Shown here: positions 20,363 to 29,720 of the stretch, piece by piece
Numbering within the stretch: position 1 is the first letter of the stretch
Layout of the letters: each line of letters begins with the position of its first letter
DNA from: Thermodesulfobacteriota bacterium
GTDB taxonomy: Bacteria > Desulfobacterota_D > UBA1144 > Nemesobacterales > Nemesobacteraceae
Direction of reading: 5' to 3'
Assembly (NCBI GenBank): GCA_965202785.1
Contig: OZ241855.1
Coordinates: 192,001-256,000, forward strand
Length of the DNA stretch: 64,000 nt
The notes under the pieces: model-generated
Databases searched by the model: none
What the model was told of the DNA's origin: nothing
What the model saw: only the letters and a program-made list of their open reading frames with translations
Program-made: the position numbers and the translations under genes

Positions 20363-20977
20363 TTAATTGACGACCTTCATGGACAAAATAGACACCGTCT
20401 CGACGGGAACATCTCCCGGTCTGGTCTGAACAGCGGCGATTTTGTCAACAACTTCGATTCCCTCAACCACTTTTCCGAACACCGCATAACCGAAATCACG
20501 GACACCATGATCAAGAAAAGAATTGTCTCTGTGATTTATAAAAAACTGTGACGTCGCGGAGTCAACATCGGCGGTCCTGGCCATTGCTATGGTGCCGCGT
20601 TCATTTTTAAGACCGTTATCGGCCTCGTTTTTTATCGGGGCTTTAGTCGGCTTTTGTTTCATGTCCGCGGTTATACCGCCACCCTGTACCATGAAATTAT
20701 TTATCACCCTGTGAAATATGGTGTTGTCGTAAAAACCCTCTTCCACGTAGGAAAGAAAATTCGCCACGGTAATCGGCGCCTTTTCTTCATAAAGCTCAAG
20801 TTTTATGTCGCCCAGCGAAGTTGAAATAAGAACCATTGGTTTTCTCCTTTCTTTCTTGCCGCTCGATTTAGCGGACGTATTTTTGTTATTACTGGAATCG
20901 GAATTAGAGTACCCGTCACCGGGAAAAGCAATCAAAGCGAAAATAAAGCATAGAGCGAAAACAACTGCGTTTTTCAT
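20363..20977 (-). CDS. ppiA: Periplasmic cyclophilin-type peptidyl-prolyl isomerase
   Basis: Signal peptide; [43 protein letters not shown]. Confidence 0.92.
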   Translation of the reverse strand: MKNAVVFALCFIFALIAFPGDGYSNSDSSNNKNTSAKSSGKKERRKPMVLISTSLGDIKLELYEEKAPITVANFLSYVEEGFYDNTIFHRVINNFMVQGGGITADMKQKPTKAPIKNEADNGLKNERGTIAMARTADVDSATSQFFINHRDNSFLDHGVRDFGYAVFGKVVEGIEVVDKIAAVQTRPGDVPVETVSILSMKVVN

Positions 20978-21237
20978 TGGAGACCTCTGGATCGTAGATT
21001 TAAGAAGAAATGGAATTCGTTCTATCTAAAACGGGCGGTAAAAAGTTCCTCAGACACCGCTGGCTTTCTTCTTCCCGTCGCCCGTAATGATAGCACAAAG
21101 AAGTGAAACAGTGAACTTTTATTTCCCTGCCCAAGCAAGCAAAAGAGGCAGCACCGTGTTTACAGTGTCCCCGGCTAAAGGGATAATTACCCGTGCGCTT
21201 TACACCCCGCGCGAACACAAAAAAACGGAGACAGACA

Positions 21238-22170
21238 ATGGGCAGACCCGAATTCGGAGTAATGCTGAGACAGCAGAAAATAGATTTTGAGGATATAAAG
21301 GCCGCGGCGCAGTTATGCGACTCGACCGGATACGATTCCGTTTGGTTCTACGATCATGTTCTAGGTCAGGGAATAATAGGGATAGACATCTATGAACCTT
21401 GGACTTTAATGTCCGCACTCTCGACAGTAACGGAGAACGTTAAGCTCGGAACGATGGTGCTCTGCAACCCATTCAGGTACCCTCCCCTGCTTGCCAAGAT
21501 GGCTTCAACGCTTGACGTGATAAGCAACGGACGCCTGGAATTCGCAATAGGGGCCGGATGGTTTGAAGAGGAATTTCGCGCTTACGGATATCCCTTTCCT
21601 TCAACGAAAGAAAGAATAGAGATGCTGAGAGAAGCGGTCACGATACTCAAACTGATGTGGGCTGATGAAACCGCCTCTTTTGCCGGCAAACATTACAAAG
21701 TGGAAAACGCGTTTTGTAACCCCAAGCCCGTTCAGCGTCCCCACATTCCAGTATGCATCGGAGGTTCCGGAGAAAAATTCCTCTTAAGGGCAGTGGCGGA
21801 ACTCGCCGATGAATGGAACTGTCCCGCGACAAGCGCAATTGAATTTGACCGCAAGCACTCGATACTCCGCAAGCACTGCGAGGAAGTCGGGAGAGAGATA
21901 AAAGATATAACGATATCTCAGCAGACCGTCTGCGTTCTGGTTGAGGACAGAAAAGATCTCCCCGAAAAACTCGAAAAGGCCCAGAGACGCTATGGATTCT
22001 TCGGAGACATAGAAAAACTCGGGATCGTGGGAACCCCGGAAGACTGCGTAGGAAAGATCAACGCGGATCTGGAAAAGGGAATATCCAAGTACACGATTTT
22101 CTTCTCCGACGTGATGAATCCCAAGACCATAGAGCTTTTCGCAAAGGAAGTAATACCCGAATTCAGATAA
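21238..22170 (+). CDS. LLM class flavin/F420-dependent oxidoreductase
   Basis: YDSVWFYDH, LAKMASTLDVISNGRL..AIGAGW, IGGSGEK. Confidence 0.9.
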   Translation: MGRPEFGVMLRQQKIDFEDIKAAAQLCDSTGYDSVWFYDHVLGQGIIGIDIYEPWTLMSALSTVTENVKLGTMVLCNPFRYPPLLAKMASTLDVISNGRLEFAIGAGWFEEEFRAYGYPFPSTKERIEMLREAVTILKLMWADETASFAGKHYKVENAFCNPKPVQRPHIPVCIGGSGEKFLLRAVAELADEWNCPATSAIEFDRKHSILRKHCEEVGREIKDITISQQTVCVLVEDRKDLPEKLEKAQRRYGFFGDIEKLGIVGTPEDCVGKINADLEKGISKYTIFFSDVMNPKTIELFAKEVIPEFR

Positions 22171-22292
22171 AGATTAGGCTGTTGGAGTTCTTCACTGATT
22201 TGCAATCTCTTCTGCGCAATCTGCTTCTTTCGAACCTCTGCTATTGAAGTTTGAACTAATAGTGAATAGTTTATAATTAGGATGTGGACACT

Positions 22293-22634
22293 ATGAAAAC
22301 AGCATTGCTACTGGCAACATGCTTCGCATTGTTTCTTACCGGCGGTGTGGCGAATGCTTTCTCCACATGTCCAATGAACATGGAGAAGGCTTCCGCCGAA
22401 ATGCAGATGGACGCCAACATGGACATGCCTTGCCATGAAACAAAAGATTCGGAAGATCGAAGCTCCGAACAATGCGATGGCTGTGACTGCCAGCATTGTG
22501 TCCAGATAAACGCATTGCCGCTTGAAGAATTAAAAGATCATCACGGGGGATCTGCTGTCGGAATTCTTGCCGATCAGCTTCTGTCCTCCCGCCAGATCGA
22601 AACCCATTTCCGACCTCCAAAACACCTCTCCTGA
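22293..22634 (+). CDS. CopL/DUF2946-like secreted metal-sensing leader peptide (uORF), C-terminal FRPP
   Basis: Signal peptide, Met-rich segment, PCH and CDGCDCQHC, ending HFRPPKHLS; first gene of a heavy-metal operon. Confidence 0.75.
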   Translation: MKTALLLATCFALFLTGGVANAFSTCPMNMEKASAEMQMDANMDMPCHETKDSEDRSSEQCDGCDCQHCVQINALPLEELKDHHGGSAVGILADQLLSSRQIETHFRPPKHLS

Positions 22635-22707
22635 GCAAATCGCGCGCGTCCGCGCGCTATAAACGGCTTCGCCTCGGCGTCGTCAAGCCATAATCGATAC
22701 TCAGGAG
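22628..22707 (+). promoter_or_regulatory. SD-sequestering RNA switch
   Basis: CTCCTGAG (22628-22635, spans the uORF stop) is the exact reverse complement of CTCAGGAG (22700-22707, SD of next gene); GC hairpin GCGCG..CGCGC at ~22642-22657 in between. Confidence 0.65.
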
Positions 22708-22712
22708 GAAAC

Positions 22713-23360
22713 ATGAAATTAACAGTTTTCACTTTATGCTGCGTGATCCTGATGGGATACGCCCCTCAGTCTTTGTCTCGTCCGGTTTCATATCCGGGCG
22801 GCTGGACGATCATGCAGAAAAACGACAAGAACGCGCATTCTCTTCACGTTCATTATTCACCGACGGCCAAGTATTCGATAGGATACAGAACCGAATACTG
22901 GCGCGAGGAGGAGTGGCAGTTCCACGGCGCACAGCTTAACTATCTGGTGAAGCGCCATAATGCGGCGACCTCACAGGCAAACTTTTATCTTAAAGGCGGT
23001 CTTGGCATGGCCTACGGTGATCTCGGAGTGCCCGACGGCGAACCCCAGCCCGCCGCCTTTGCCGATATCGCCCTTGACTGGGAAACCCGGCGGTACTTTA
23101 CGAGTTATGAGAACCGCGTCTACTACGCCGAAGACATAGCGAAGTTCTTCAGGCAGAAAGCGCGGGTGGGAATCGCCCCTTATATCGGGGACTACGGCGA
23201 TATCCACACTTGGCTGATGCTGCAAGTTGACCACATCACGGGGGAGAGAGATAACATCTCGTTTACGCCTTTTGTCCGGTTTTTTAAGAACGAGTATCTC
23301 GCTGAGGTCGGAATCAGCGACAAAGGTGGGATTTTGTTCAATTTAATAATAAGATTTTAA
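22713..23360 (+). CDS. Putative outer-membrane beta-barrel protein
   Basis: Signal peptide, alternating aromatic strands, C-terminal Phe; strong SD. Confidence 0.7.
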   Translation: MKLTVFTLCCVILMGYAPQSLSRPVSYPGGWTIMQKNDKNAHSLHVHYSPTAKYSIGYRTEYWREEEWQFHGAQLNYLVKRHNAATSQANFYLKGGLGMAYGDLGVPDGEPQPAAFADIALDWETRRYFTSYENRVYYAEDIAKFFRQKARVGIAPYIGDYGDIHTWLMLQVDHITGERDNISFTPFVRFFKNEYLAEVGISDKGGILFNLIIRF

Positions 23361-23370
23361 GGAGAAAACT

Positions 23371-23760
23371 ATGAAAATATCAATCACAGTGATTCTTTTT
23401 ATGACGTTTTTCTTTGTGTTCCCAATCCTTGCACAACATGGAGAACACGAACATAACCATAGCCATGAAGGTCAGGTGGTGGAGCCCTCTGCCGCTTCAA
23501 ACAATATGGAAAACGCCGCCTGTGAAGACACCGTCAATATCAAGGTCAGCGGGCTTGTATGCGATTTCTGCGCCCGTTCCCTGGAAAAAGTCTTCCTGAA
23601 ACGCGGCGATGTTGCGGGAATCAAGGTTGATCTCGGCAAAGGCTCCGTAGCGGTCGCTATGAAGCCCGGATTAACCATTGATGATGCAACGCTTACGAAG
23701 CTTATCACGGACTCAGGGTACAAAGTGAGCGCAATTCACAGGGGGTGCGAGCATGGATAA
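23371..23760 (+). CDS. Periplasmic heavy-metal-associated (HMA) domain protein
   Basis: Signal peptide, His-rich HGEHEHNHSH, GLVCDFC metal motif, SGY end of HMA fold. Confidence 0.88.
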   Translation: MKISITVILFMTFFFVFPILAQHGEHEHNHSHEGQVVEPSAASNNMENAACEDTVNIKVSGLVCDFCARSLEKVFLKRGDVAGIKVDLGKGSVAVAMKPGLTIDDATLTKLITDSGYKVSAIHRGCEHG

Positions 23761-24148
23761 CGCAAATCCCGGCTATGGAGTGAAGCAAACGCTTCTCCCC
23801 TCGCTTAGCCTGCTTACATCCGCTGGAACACTTGTGTGCTGCGCCCTTCCCGCATTATTAGTGACGATCGGCGCCGGCGCGGTTCTGGCGGGAATCGTAG
23901 GCACCGCACCCTGGCTGATCGCGTTGTCAAAATACAAGATCTGGACGTTTGGAATCTCAGGCGCAATGCTTCTAATCGCCGGAGTCGCGCTCTGGAGGGC
24001 AAGAAACGCCCCCTGCCCGATTGACCCGGCTCAGGCAATGGCGTGTGCCAGATTACGAAAGACAAGCAACTGGATATACCTGTTATCCGTGCTCCTGTGG
24101 TGCGTGGGGTTTTTCTTCGCTTTTATCGCCGTGAGAGTTTTTTACTGA
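23753..24148 (+). CDS. MerT/MerC-like heavy-metal transporter
   Basis: Three TM segments, vicinal CC in TM1 (LVCCALP), cytoplasmic CP..D....AC pair. Confidence 0.8.
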   Translation: MDNANPGYGVKQTLLPSLSLLTSAGTLVCCALPALLVTIGAGAVLAGIVGTAPWLIALSKYKIWTFGISGAMLLIAGVALWRARNAPCPIDPAQAMACARLRKTSNWIYLLSVLLWCVGFFFAFIAVRVFY

Positions 24149-24227
24149 CATCTTTCGGGTCAAAAGATTAGGGAAATGTCCGGGAAAACCGGCGTTTCCC
24201 TAGCCTGCAGGGGACTAGGGATGTTGG

Positions 24228-24578
24228 TCAGGAATTTTTCTGGCCTCCGAAAGACTCTAGGACCATCTCGGCGAACTCGCCCGCGAATTCTCTTATTCTG
24301 TTCGATATCTGCTTCTCGGAAGTAGCCCTTTCGTAAGTATCGGCCATTCTCATCATCGTATAGTAGAAATGGTAGTTCATTTCGCCCACTTCCATTTTCT
24401 TGGTCCAGAGATCTATTACCAGAGATTCCTTCTTCTCGGCATCCCACATGGAGAGGAAAGCCGCCTCGCAGCGTTTTTCTCCCGGTTCCTCAGACTGAGA
24501 AGCCTCCCAGAAAAGCTCTTCGGGAACATTGTCGTCCCCCAGTATTACCTTCAGTTTTATTTCAGCGTCTTTGGACAT
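24228..24578 (-). CDS. gldC: Gliding motility protein GldC family
   Basis: I...V.L....VPE...W.A, AFLSMWD......LVIDLWTK.M.V.EM..H......MADTYERAT matches the GldC pattern. Confidence 0.8.
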   Translation of the reverse strand: MSKDAEIKLKVILGDDNVPEELFWEASQSEEPGEKRCEAAFLSMWDAEKKESLVIDLWTKKMEVGEMNYHFYYTMMRMADTYERATSEKQISNRIREFAGEFAEMVLESFGGQKNS

Positions 24579-24717
24579 GGAAGACTCCTTAACAGATGGT
24601 TTTATGAAAAAAGCGGAAGAAAACCCGCACGGAAATTATATCCGGTTTCGATTAAAGCGTTTCAAGATGGTCAATGAACTGGGCTAGTGCGAATTCGTTC
24701 ATTAAACAAAGACAGAT

Positions 24718-25968
24718 TTATGCTTTCATTAGTTTTTGGGGATTGCGTAAACTGCGCCATGCATTAGTCTCTTTTTCGATATTGGGAATCCAAGTTTTCA
24801 ACGCATTGATCCTTTCCATTGTGTAGTCCTTAGCAAATGCGTAGTTCTCGTCCTTCATATTCTTTTCAAGCAGAACAGCAATCGTAACTGCGGCTGTTAC
24901 TTGCAATAAAAACGCCCCAGGAAGCAGAACAAGCGCCCCGGAAATAATCGAACTTTTTACAATCCCTTCAGTTGAGGCTTTGACGCTAAGATCGGTTCCA
25001 GTCGCAATTGCATATGCAATGGAAGAGATCATGACCAAGGCCAGAAGCGGGTTGGCGGAAACAATGCTCACAATCCCCATTGCTCCAAGTGCTTCAGACA
25101 ATTCTTCAATCTGTTCCGTTTTCAGAAAATACACTACTGCCGCTGCTGATATTCCGGCCCCGAGTATCTCCAAGGCATCATAAGATAAAGCGTCGTAAGT
25201 CCAATTTCTGCTGACTCCGTAATTGCTCAACTTGTTAGCCAAAGAATCATAGGTCTGCTTTTCCATAGTCATAAAGGGCAACCCTTTTGGTGTGGTAGCG
25301 TCCTTCCACAAGGCCCCGAAATACCCGTTCACCTGCTCCCTAGTCGAACATCCGGTTTTGGCACACATGTCGGCAATATTCGACCAAGCTCCTCCGAGGG
25401 TGTGTCTTCCGTCAAACAGCCTGTGGTTAGGACCGCCCGCATAGGTCTTTAGGTATTCTGCGTCTAGTACTTTATCGAAGTTTGTAGGTACGGATTTTGT
25501 TAATGTCTCAAGATAGTTAAGCCATTGGCTTTGAGAGATTATAGGCAGAACGGTCGAAAGGTCGGCAACGCCTCCAGGGTAATCTTTTGCATAATAAAGA
25601 GCCGGAAGCGTGCGTTCTTTCGCAATCTTTACATAATACAGCCCGTCTTTTCTTTTCTCGTAACTGTGTCCAATCCCGCGCAAAGAGTAGGAATACCCCG
25701 ACTTTGCGAGTTCCCTGCTTTCTTCCAGTCCCCGTTTTGCGTATTCCGCATACGGAGACACTCCGCCCCTCAGGTTCTGGACAGCTACTTTGCTCCCTTG
25801 GGTAAAAACCGAGTACAAACCCGCAATCATCTCTTTCGTTACTCTCTCTTTTGAAAACTCCCACGCATACGCTTGGGAGTAAGGAGCCGAGACCAGAATT
25901 GCCGCCAGCAGGAAAGAACAGGTGATATTCAGCCGAATCTTGGTCACACGCAAAACCGGGAAGGTCAA
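24718..25968 (-). CDS. Hypothetical membrane-associated protein
   Basis: 416-aa ORF, possible signal peptide, GGPNHRLFDGRHT and DATTPKGLP motifs, C-terminal hydrophobic helices; start uncertain. Confidence 0.65.
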   Translation of the reverse strand: MTFPVLRVTKIRLNITCSFLLAAILVSAPYSQAYAWEFSKERVTKEMIAGLYSVFTQGSKVAVQNLRGGVSPYAEYAKRGLEESRELAKSGYSYSLRGIGHSYEKRKDGLYYVKIAKERTLPALYYAKDYPGGVADLSTVLPIISQSQWLNYLETLTKSVPTNFDKVLDAEYLKTYAGGPNHRLFDGRHTLGGAWSNIADMCAKTGCSTREQVNGYFGALWKDATTPKGLPFMTMEKQTYDSLANKLSNYGVSRNWTYDALSYDALEILGAGISAAAVVYFLKTEQIEELSEALGAMGIVSIVSANPLLALVMISSIAYAIATGTDLSVKASTEGIVKSSIISGALVLLPGAFLLQVTAAVTIAVLLEKNMKDENYAFAKDYTMERINALKTWIPNIEKETNAWRSLRNPQKLMKA

Positions 25969-25970
25969 GG

Positions 25971-26120
25971 TTACCAGGGGAGTTTGCCCATCAATGGAGC
26001 TATCTTGGTGCCGAAAAGTGCTACGGTGGCCACTATACCTATAAAAGCCGCGATACCGATAGCCACTTTCACAGTGAAAAGCAGAACTATTTTGTCGAGC
26101 TGTTCAGGAGTAAGTTTCAT
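25971..26120 (-). CDS. Small single-TM protein (49 aa) at the end of the act operon
   Basis: ATG 26120, 1 nt after the actF stop, with AGGAGGA SD (26131-26137); one hydrophobic helix. Confidence 0.65.
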   Translation of the reverse strand: MKLTPEQLDKIVLLFTVKVAIGIAAFIGIVATVALFGTKIAPLMGKLPW

Positions 26121-26121
26121 C

Positions 26122-27300
26122 TCAATGCCCTCCTCCTTTCGATTTGCCGTCAAAGTACGGGTCGCCAAAAGGTATTACTGGAAACCTGTTTACAAACAGA
26201 AGGAACGTTGCTACAAATCCCGCAAGAAAACCGAGAGTGATCAGGAAGTGATTGATACTGAAAACCAGTTCGTTGGTAAGCGAGGGGATGACCAGCAGGA
26301 ACTTGTCCATCCAGAGTCCCGAGAAAGAAACCGTAGCGATAAAGACGGCTATCGGGGTAACTATCTTGTGTGAGCGGGGCAGCAGGGAGACAAAAGGAAA
26401 TATGAAGCAGCATGTGAGGATAGCCCACGCAAGCGAGCGGAAGGGCTCATCCACTACCCTTTTTATCACAAACCCGGTCTCTTCAGGCATGTTCGCATAC
26501 CAGATCGTAAGAAGCTGGGAAAACATTAGGTAAACCCAGAAAAGAGAAAAACCCTGAAGTATCTTTCCCATATCCCAGTAATGATGAAGGGAAAGGTAGT
26601 CGTCAAGCCCCAGATAACGCTTTAGGGGAACCGAAAGTATTATCGTCGCCCCTATGGCCGCTATGAGGCTTCCAATAAAGTAGTAGGGACCGAAAAGCGT
26701 GCTGAACCAGTGAGGATCAAGCGACATCATGAAATCCCAGGCGAAAAGGGAAAAAACAAGGGCGTAGACAATAACTATGGCGGGGGCCAGCTTCTTTAAC
26801 CTGACGATTCTCTCCTTGCCGTTTAGATCCTGTTCAATGGATGTTTTAAGGTAGAAGTAGTTCAGAACGAGAAGGATCGCGAAACCTATCACGTTTCTCG
26901 CCATCACGAAATTCATATTAAGCCATATGTCCTTGGGGCTGTGATAGTGATGATGGGCGTAAGGAAGCACAAACTCCTGTCCGATGAAAAGAACCAGCAG
27001 GAGCACTAAAGAGACTAAAGTGAAACTCGCAAAGCCCTCGCTTATGCGAAGAAGTCCCCTGCCCCACCTGGCGTTGGTTATCCTCAGTATGCAGGAGAAC
27101 ACGAGCCCGCCCTGGGCCACTCCCGTCCAGAAAAGAAAATTCACCAGGAAAAGCTGCCAGACCTCCTCGGCCCTCTCTCCCCTGGCGTTAACTACGAAAG
27201 CCACCACACCCACAGCCGCCAGAGCAAGGAAAACCTTGAATACCCAGCCGGGTATCTGGTTTCTTTTCGCGAGTATCTCCTGGTTTATGGACTGATCCAT
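26122..27300 (-). CDS. actF: Alternative complex III subunit ActF
   Basis: NrfD-like polytopic protein; WDFMMSLDPHWFSTLFG, FSQLLTIWYANMPEE. Confidence 0.9.
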   Translation of the reverse strand: MDQSINQEILAKRNQIPGWVFKVFLALAAVGVVAFVVNARGERAEEVWQLFLVNFLFWTGVAQGGLVFSCILRITNARWGRGLLRISEGFASFTLVSLVLLLVLFIGQEFVLPYAHHHYHSPKDIWLNMNFVMARNVIGFAILLVLNYFYLKTSIEQDLNGKERIVRLKKLAPAIVIVYALVFSLFAWDFMMSLDPHWFSTLFGPYYFIGSLIAAIGATIILSVPLKRYLGLDDYLSLHHYWDMGKILQGFSLFWVYLMFSQLLTIWYANMPEETGFVIKRVVDEPFRSLAWAILTCCFIFPFVSLLPRSHKIVTPIAVFIATVSFSGLWMDKFLLVIPSLTNELVFSINHFLITLGFLAGFVATFLLFVNRFPVIPFGDPYFDGKSKGGGH

Positions 27301-27304
27301 CGTT

Positions 27305-27886
27305 CTACTGACTCTCCTTGACAGAACCCGGGTTCTGAAGTTTTCTCACGTAATTGACCACGTGCCAAGCGTCCTGCTCCGATATGTTCTCGCTGTAAGA
27401 AGGCATCATCACCTTGCCCCCGTAGCGTATATAGGCATAGATGTAACCGTCGGTTCTCTGCGCCACGGCAGGCGTGGTAAGGTTAACCGGGTAAAAACCG
27501 AGCCCTTTCTTTATTATGATTCCGTCCCCCAATCCTCCGGGGCCGTGACACACGGCGCATTGCTCTTTGTAAACCTTCGCTCCTCTGGCAACCGACTCAC
27601 CACTTCTGGGAACCGGTCCCTTTTTTATCTGCTCGATCTTGTTTCTGTCTTCAGGCCTCGTTTTGCTGCCGTCGGTGGAGATCGAGTTGCGAGGAAAAAG
27701 CACGGGCTCTTCGTAGGGCTGAATCGAGTCCTGAGACCACATGTCCCAAGACCAGGGAAGCGAATGGGCGGAAGAAGACGAGAGCGCAACCGCAAAAATA
27801 ACCGCCGCGCACACTTTCAGTCCCAAAGAGAGACTGGGAATCCGGGCTTTCCCCGGAACTGTCCGAAAGAACTCTCTATGCTTCAT
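27305..27886 (-). CDS. actE: Alternative complex III monoheme cytochrome c ActE
   Basis: DMWSQ, single CAVCH, MMPSY, W.VVNYVRKLQ. Confidence 0.88.
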   Translation of the reverse strand: MKHREFFRTVPGKARIPSLSLGLKVCAAVIFAVALSSSSAHSLPWSWDMWSQDSIQPYEEPVLFPRNSISTDGSKTRPEDRNKIEQIKKGPVPRSGESVARGAKVYKEQCAVCHGPGGLGDGIIIKKGLGFYPVNLTTPAVAQRTDGYIYAYIRYGGKVMMPSYSENISEQDAWHVVNYVRKLQNPGSVKESQ

Positions 27887-28382
27887 CGAACTTTATTTCT
27901 TCAGCTCCCGTAGAATTTAATATCGCTTCAACCGCGCCTATTTTTTCCTTCTCACATATAACGGCGACGCCGAACTTGTCATCCGAAAAACGCTCGTCAT
28001 AAAGCCTCACCGGGGTTCTTTGTCTTATAAGGGAATTTATTATCAGCCCCAAAAAAGTTGAGAGCGCGCCGAAAAGCACCGTAAGTTCAAAAACGATAAC
28101 CATGTAGGGAAGTATCGAAACTATGGGCTTGGCACTCACCGCTATCGGCCAGGAGCTTGAAGTAAGAACCGTAAACCCGATTCCGCAGGTGGCCCCCAGC
28201 AGGCCTCCGAAGAGGGTGAAAAACCGCACGGGGCTCTCAGGCAGATCAACCGCCGCCTCAATTTCGTGGTCCGGAAACGGGGAGAACACCCTCATGTTGC
28301 GGTAACCCGCTTCCTTGAGTTTCTCCACGGCCGAAAGAACCGAATCCTGATACGAGTAAATTCCGACTACGCCCTGATCCAT
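27876..28382 (-). CDS. actD: Alternative complex III subunit ActD (DUF3341)
   Basis: FSPFP, two TMs, FELTVLFGAL, YDERFSDDKF. Confidence 0.9.
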   Translation of the reverse strand: MDQGVVGIYSYQDSVLSAVEKLKEAGYRNMRVFSPFPDHEIEAAVDLPESPVRFFTLFGGLLGATCGIGFTVLTSSSWPIAVSAKPIVSILPYMVIVFELTVLFGALSTFLGLIINSLIRQRTPVRLYDERFSDDKFGVAVICEKEKIGAVEAILNSTGAEEIKFDEA

Positions 28383-28388
28383 TTCCTG

Positions 28389-29720
28389 CTAACCTCCCTT
28401 CTTCGGCACCGGAAGTATTTCCTTCATCTCCGCTATGGAAACTGCCGGAAGGGTCTTCACGAACAGCAAGAAGAACATGAAGAACCACGCGAAACTTCCG
28501 ATTGTTATGCCGGCTTCGACGAATGATATCTTGTATATGCCCCAAGCGCCGGGCTCAAAATCTCTTGAAAGCGATATGACGATGATATTGAACCGCTCGA
28601 ACCACATTCCTATGTTTATCAGTATGGATATGACGAAAAGGGCCTTTATGTTCTTTCTCACGCTCTCCCACCAGAGCACTATGGGAACGAAGCAGTTGCA
28701 TATCACCATAGTCCAGTAGAAAGGCGCGTACTCTCCAGTCGCCCTGTAAACGAACTGTCCCCACTCATAAGGACTTCCGCTGTACCACGCCATGAAGAAT
28801 TCCGCAGCGTACGCGTAGCCGACTATGCAGGAAGTAAGAATTATGAGCTTCGCCATGCCATCGTAGTTATCAAGCGTTATGTAGTCCTCGAGATGGAAAA
28901 TCTTCCTTATCGGTATGGTAAGAGTGATAACCATCGCGAGACCCGAGAAAATAGCTCCCGCAACGAAGTACGGCGGGAATATTGTAGTGTGCCATCCGGG
29001 AACGTTACCCATTGCGAAGTCCCAGGACACGACGCTGTGAACCGAGAGGACAAGTGGCGTGGCGAGAGCCGCGAAGTAAAGATAGGCCCTCGTGTAGTGA
29101 AGCCATTCCTTGTTTGAACCCTTCCATCCGAAGGAAAGAATCGAGTATATGATTTTTCTCGGGGTTTCCTTGACCTTGTCCCTTATCGCCGCTATATCGG
29201 GAATCATTCCGACCACGAAAAACACCGAACTCACCGTAAGATAGGTGCCTACCGCAAACACGTCCCACACAAGCGGGGATTTGAAGTTTATCCACAGCTC
29301 CCTTGAATTGGGATAAGGGATCAGCCACAGGAAGTTCCAAGGTCTTCCAAGGTGGATTATGGGGAAAAGTCCCGCCGTGAGAACCGCGAAGACCGTCATG
29401 GCCTCGGCGATTCTGTATATGGACATCCTGAACCTGGCGCGGAAAAGATAAAGTATGGCCGAGATAAGGGTCCCGGAGTGCGCTATTCCAACCCAGAAAA
29501 CGAAATCGGTTATGTAAACTCCCCAGAAAACCGGGTGACGGTAGCCGGCGACTCCAAGTCCCGTGGCCACCTGATAGAAAAAACACGTGACGCCGAGTCC
29601 CACGAGCGCCACCGTGGGAAGAAAAAGCGCCCACCATTTCGCGGACGGCTTGTCGACCATCCTGACTACATCTTCAGTTATTCTCGCGTACGTTAAAGGT
29701 GTCTGCTGCGTCTGGCTCAT
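28389..29720 (-). CDS. actC: Alternative complex III quinol-binding subunit ActC (NrfD family)
   Basis: FVFWVGIAHSGTLISAIL, HLGRPW, SPLVWD, SVHSVVSWDFA, WHTTIFPPYFVAGAIFSG. Confidence 0.95.
   Translation of the reverse strand: MSQTQQTPLTYARITEDVVRMVDKPSAKWWALFLPTVALVGLGVTCFFYQVATGLGVAGYRHPVFWGVYITDFVFWVGIAHSGTLISAILYLFRARFRMSIYRIAEAMTVFAVLTAGLFPIIHLGRPWNFLWLIPYPNSRELWINFKSPLVWDVFAVGTYLTVSSVFFVVGMIPDIAAIRDKVKETPRKIIYSILSFGWKGSNKEWLHYTRAYLYFAALATPLVLSVHSVVSWDFAMGNVPGWHTTIFPPYFVAGAIFSGLAMVITLTIPIRKIFHLEDYITLDNYDGMAKLIILTSCIVGYAYAAEFFMAWYSGSPYEWGQFVYRATGEYAPFYWTMVICNCFVPIVLWWESVRKNIKALFVISILINIGMWFERFNIIVISLSRDFEPGAWGIYKISFVEAGITIGSFAWFFMFFLLFVKTLPAVSIAEMKEILPVPKKGG

Noticed and set aside
23371-24148. 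Classical mer (mercury resistance) operon
   Set aside because: No merA or adjacent merR. The MerR at 15180 is the tRNA-Pro-linked type, 7 kb away
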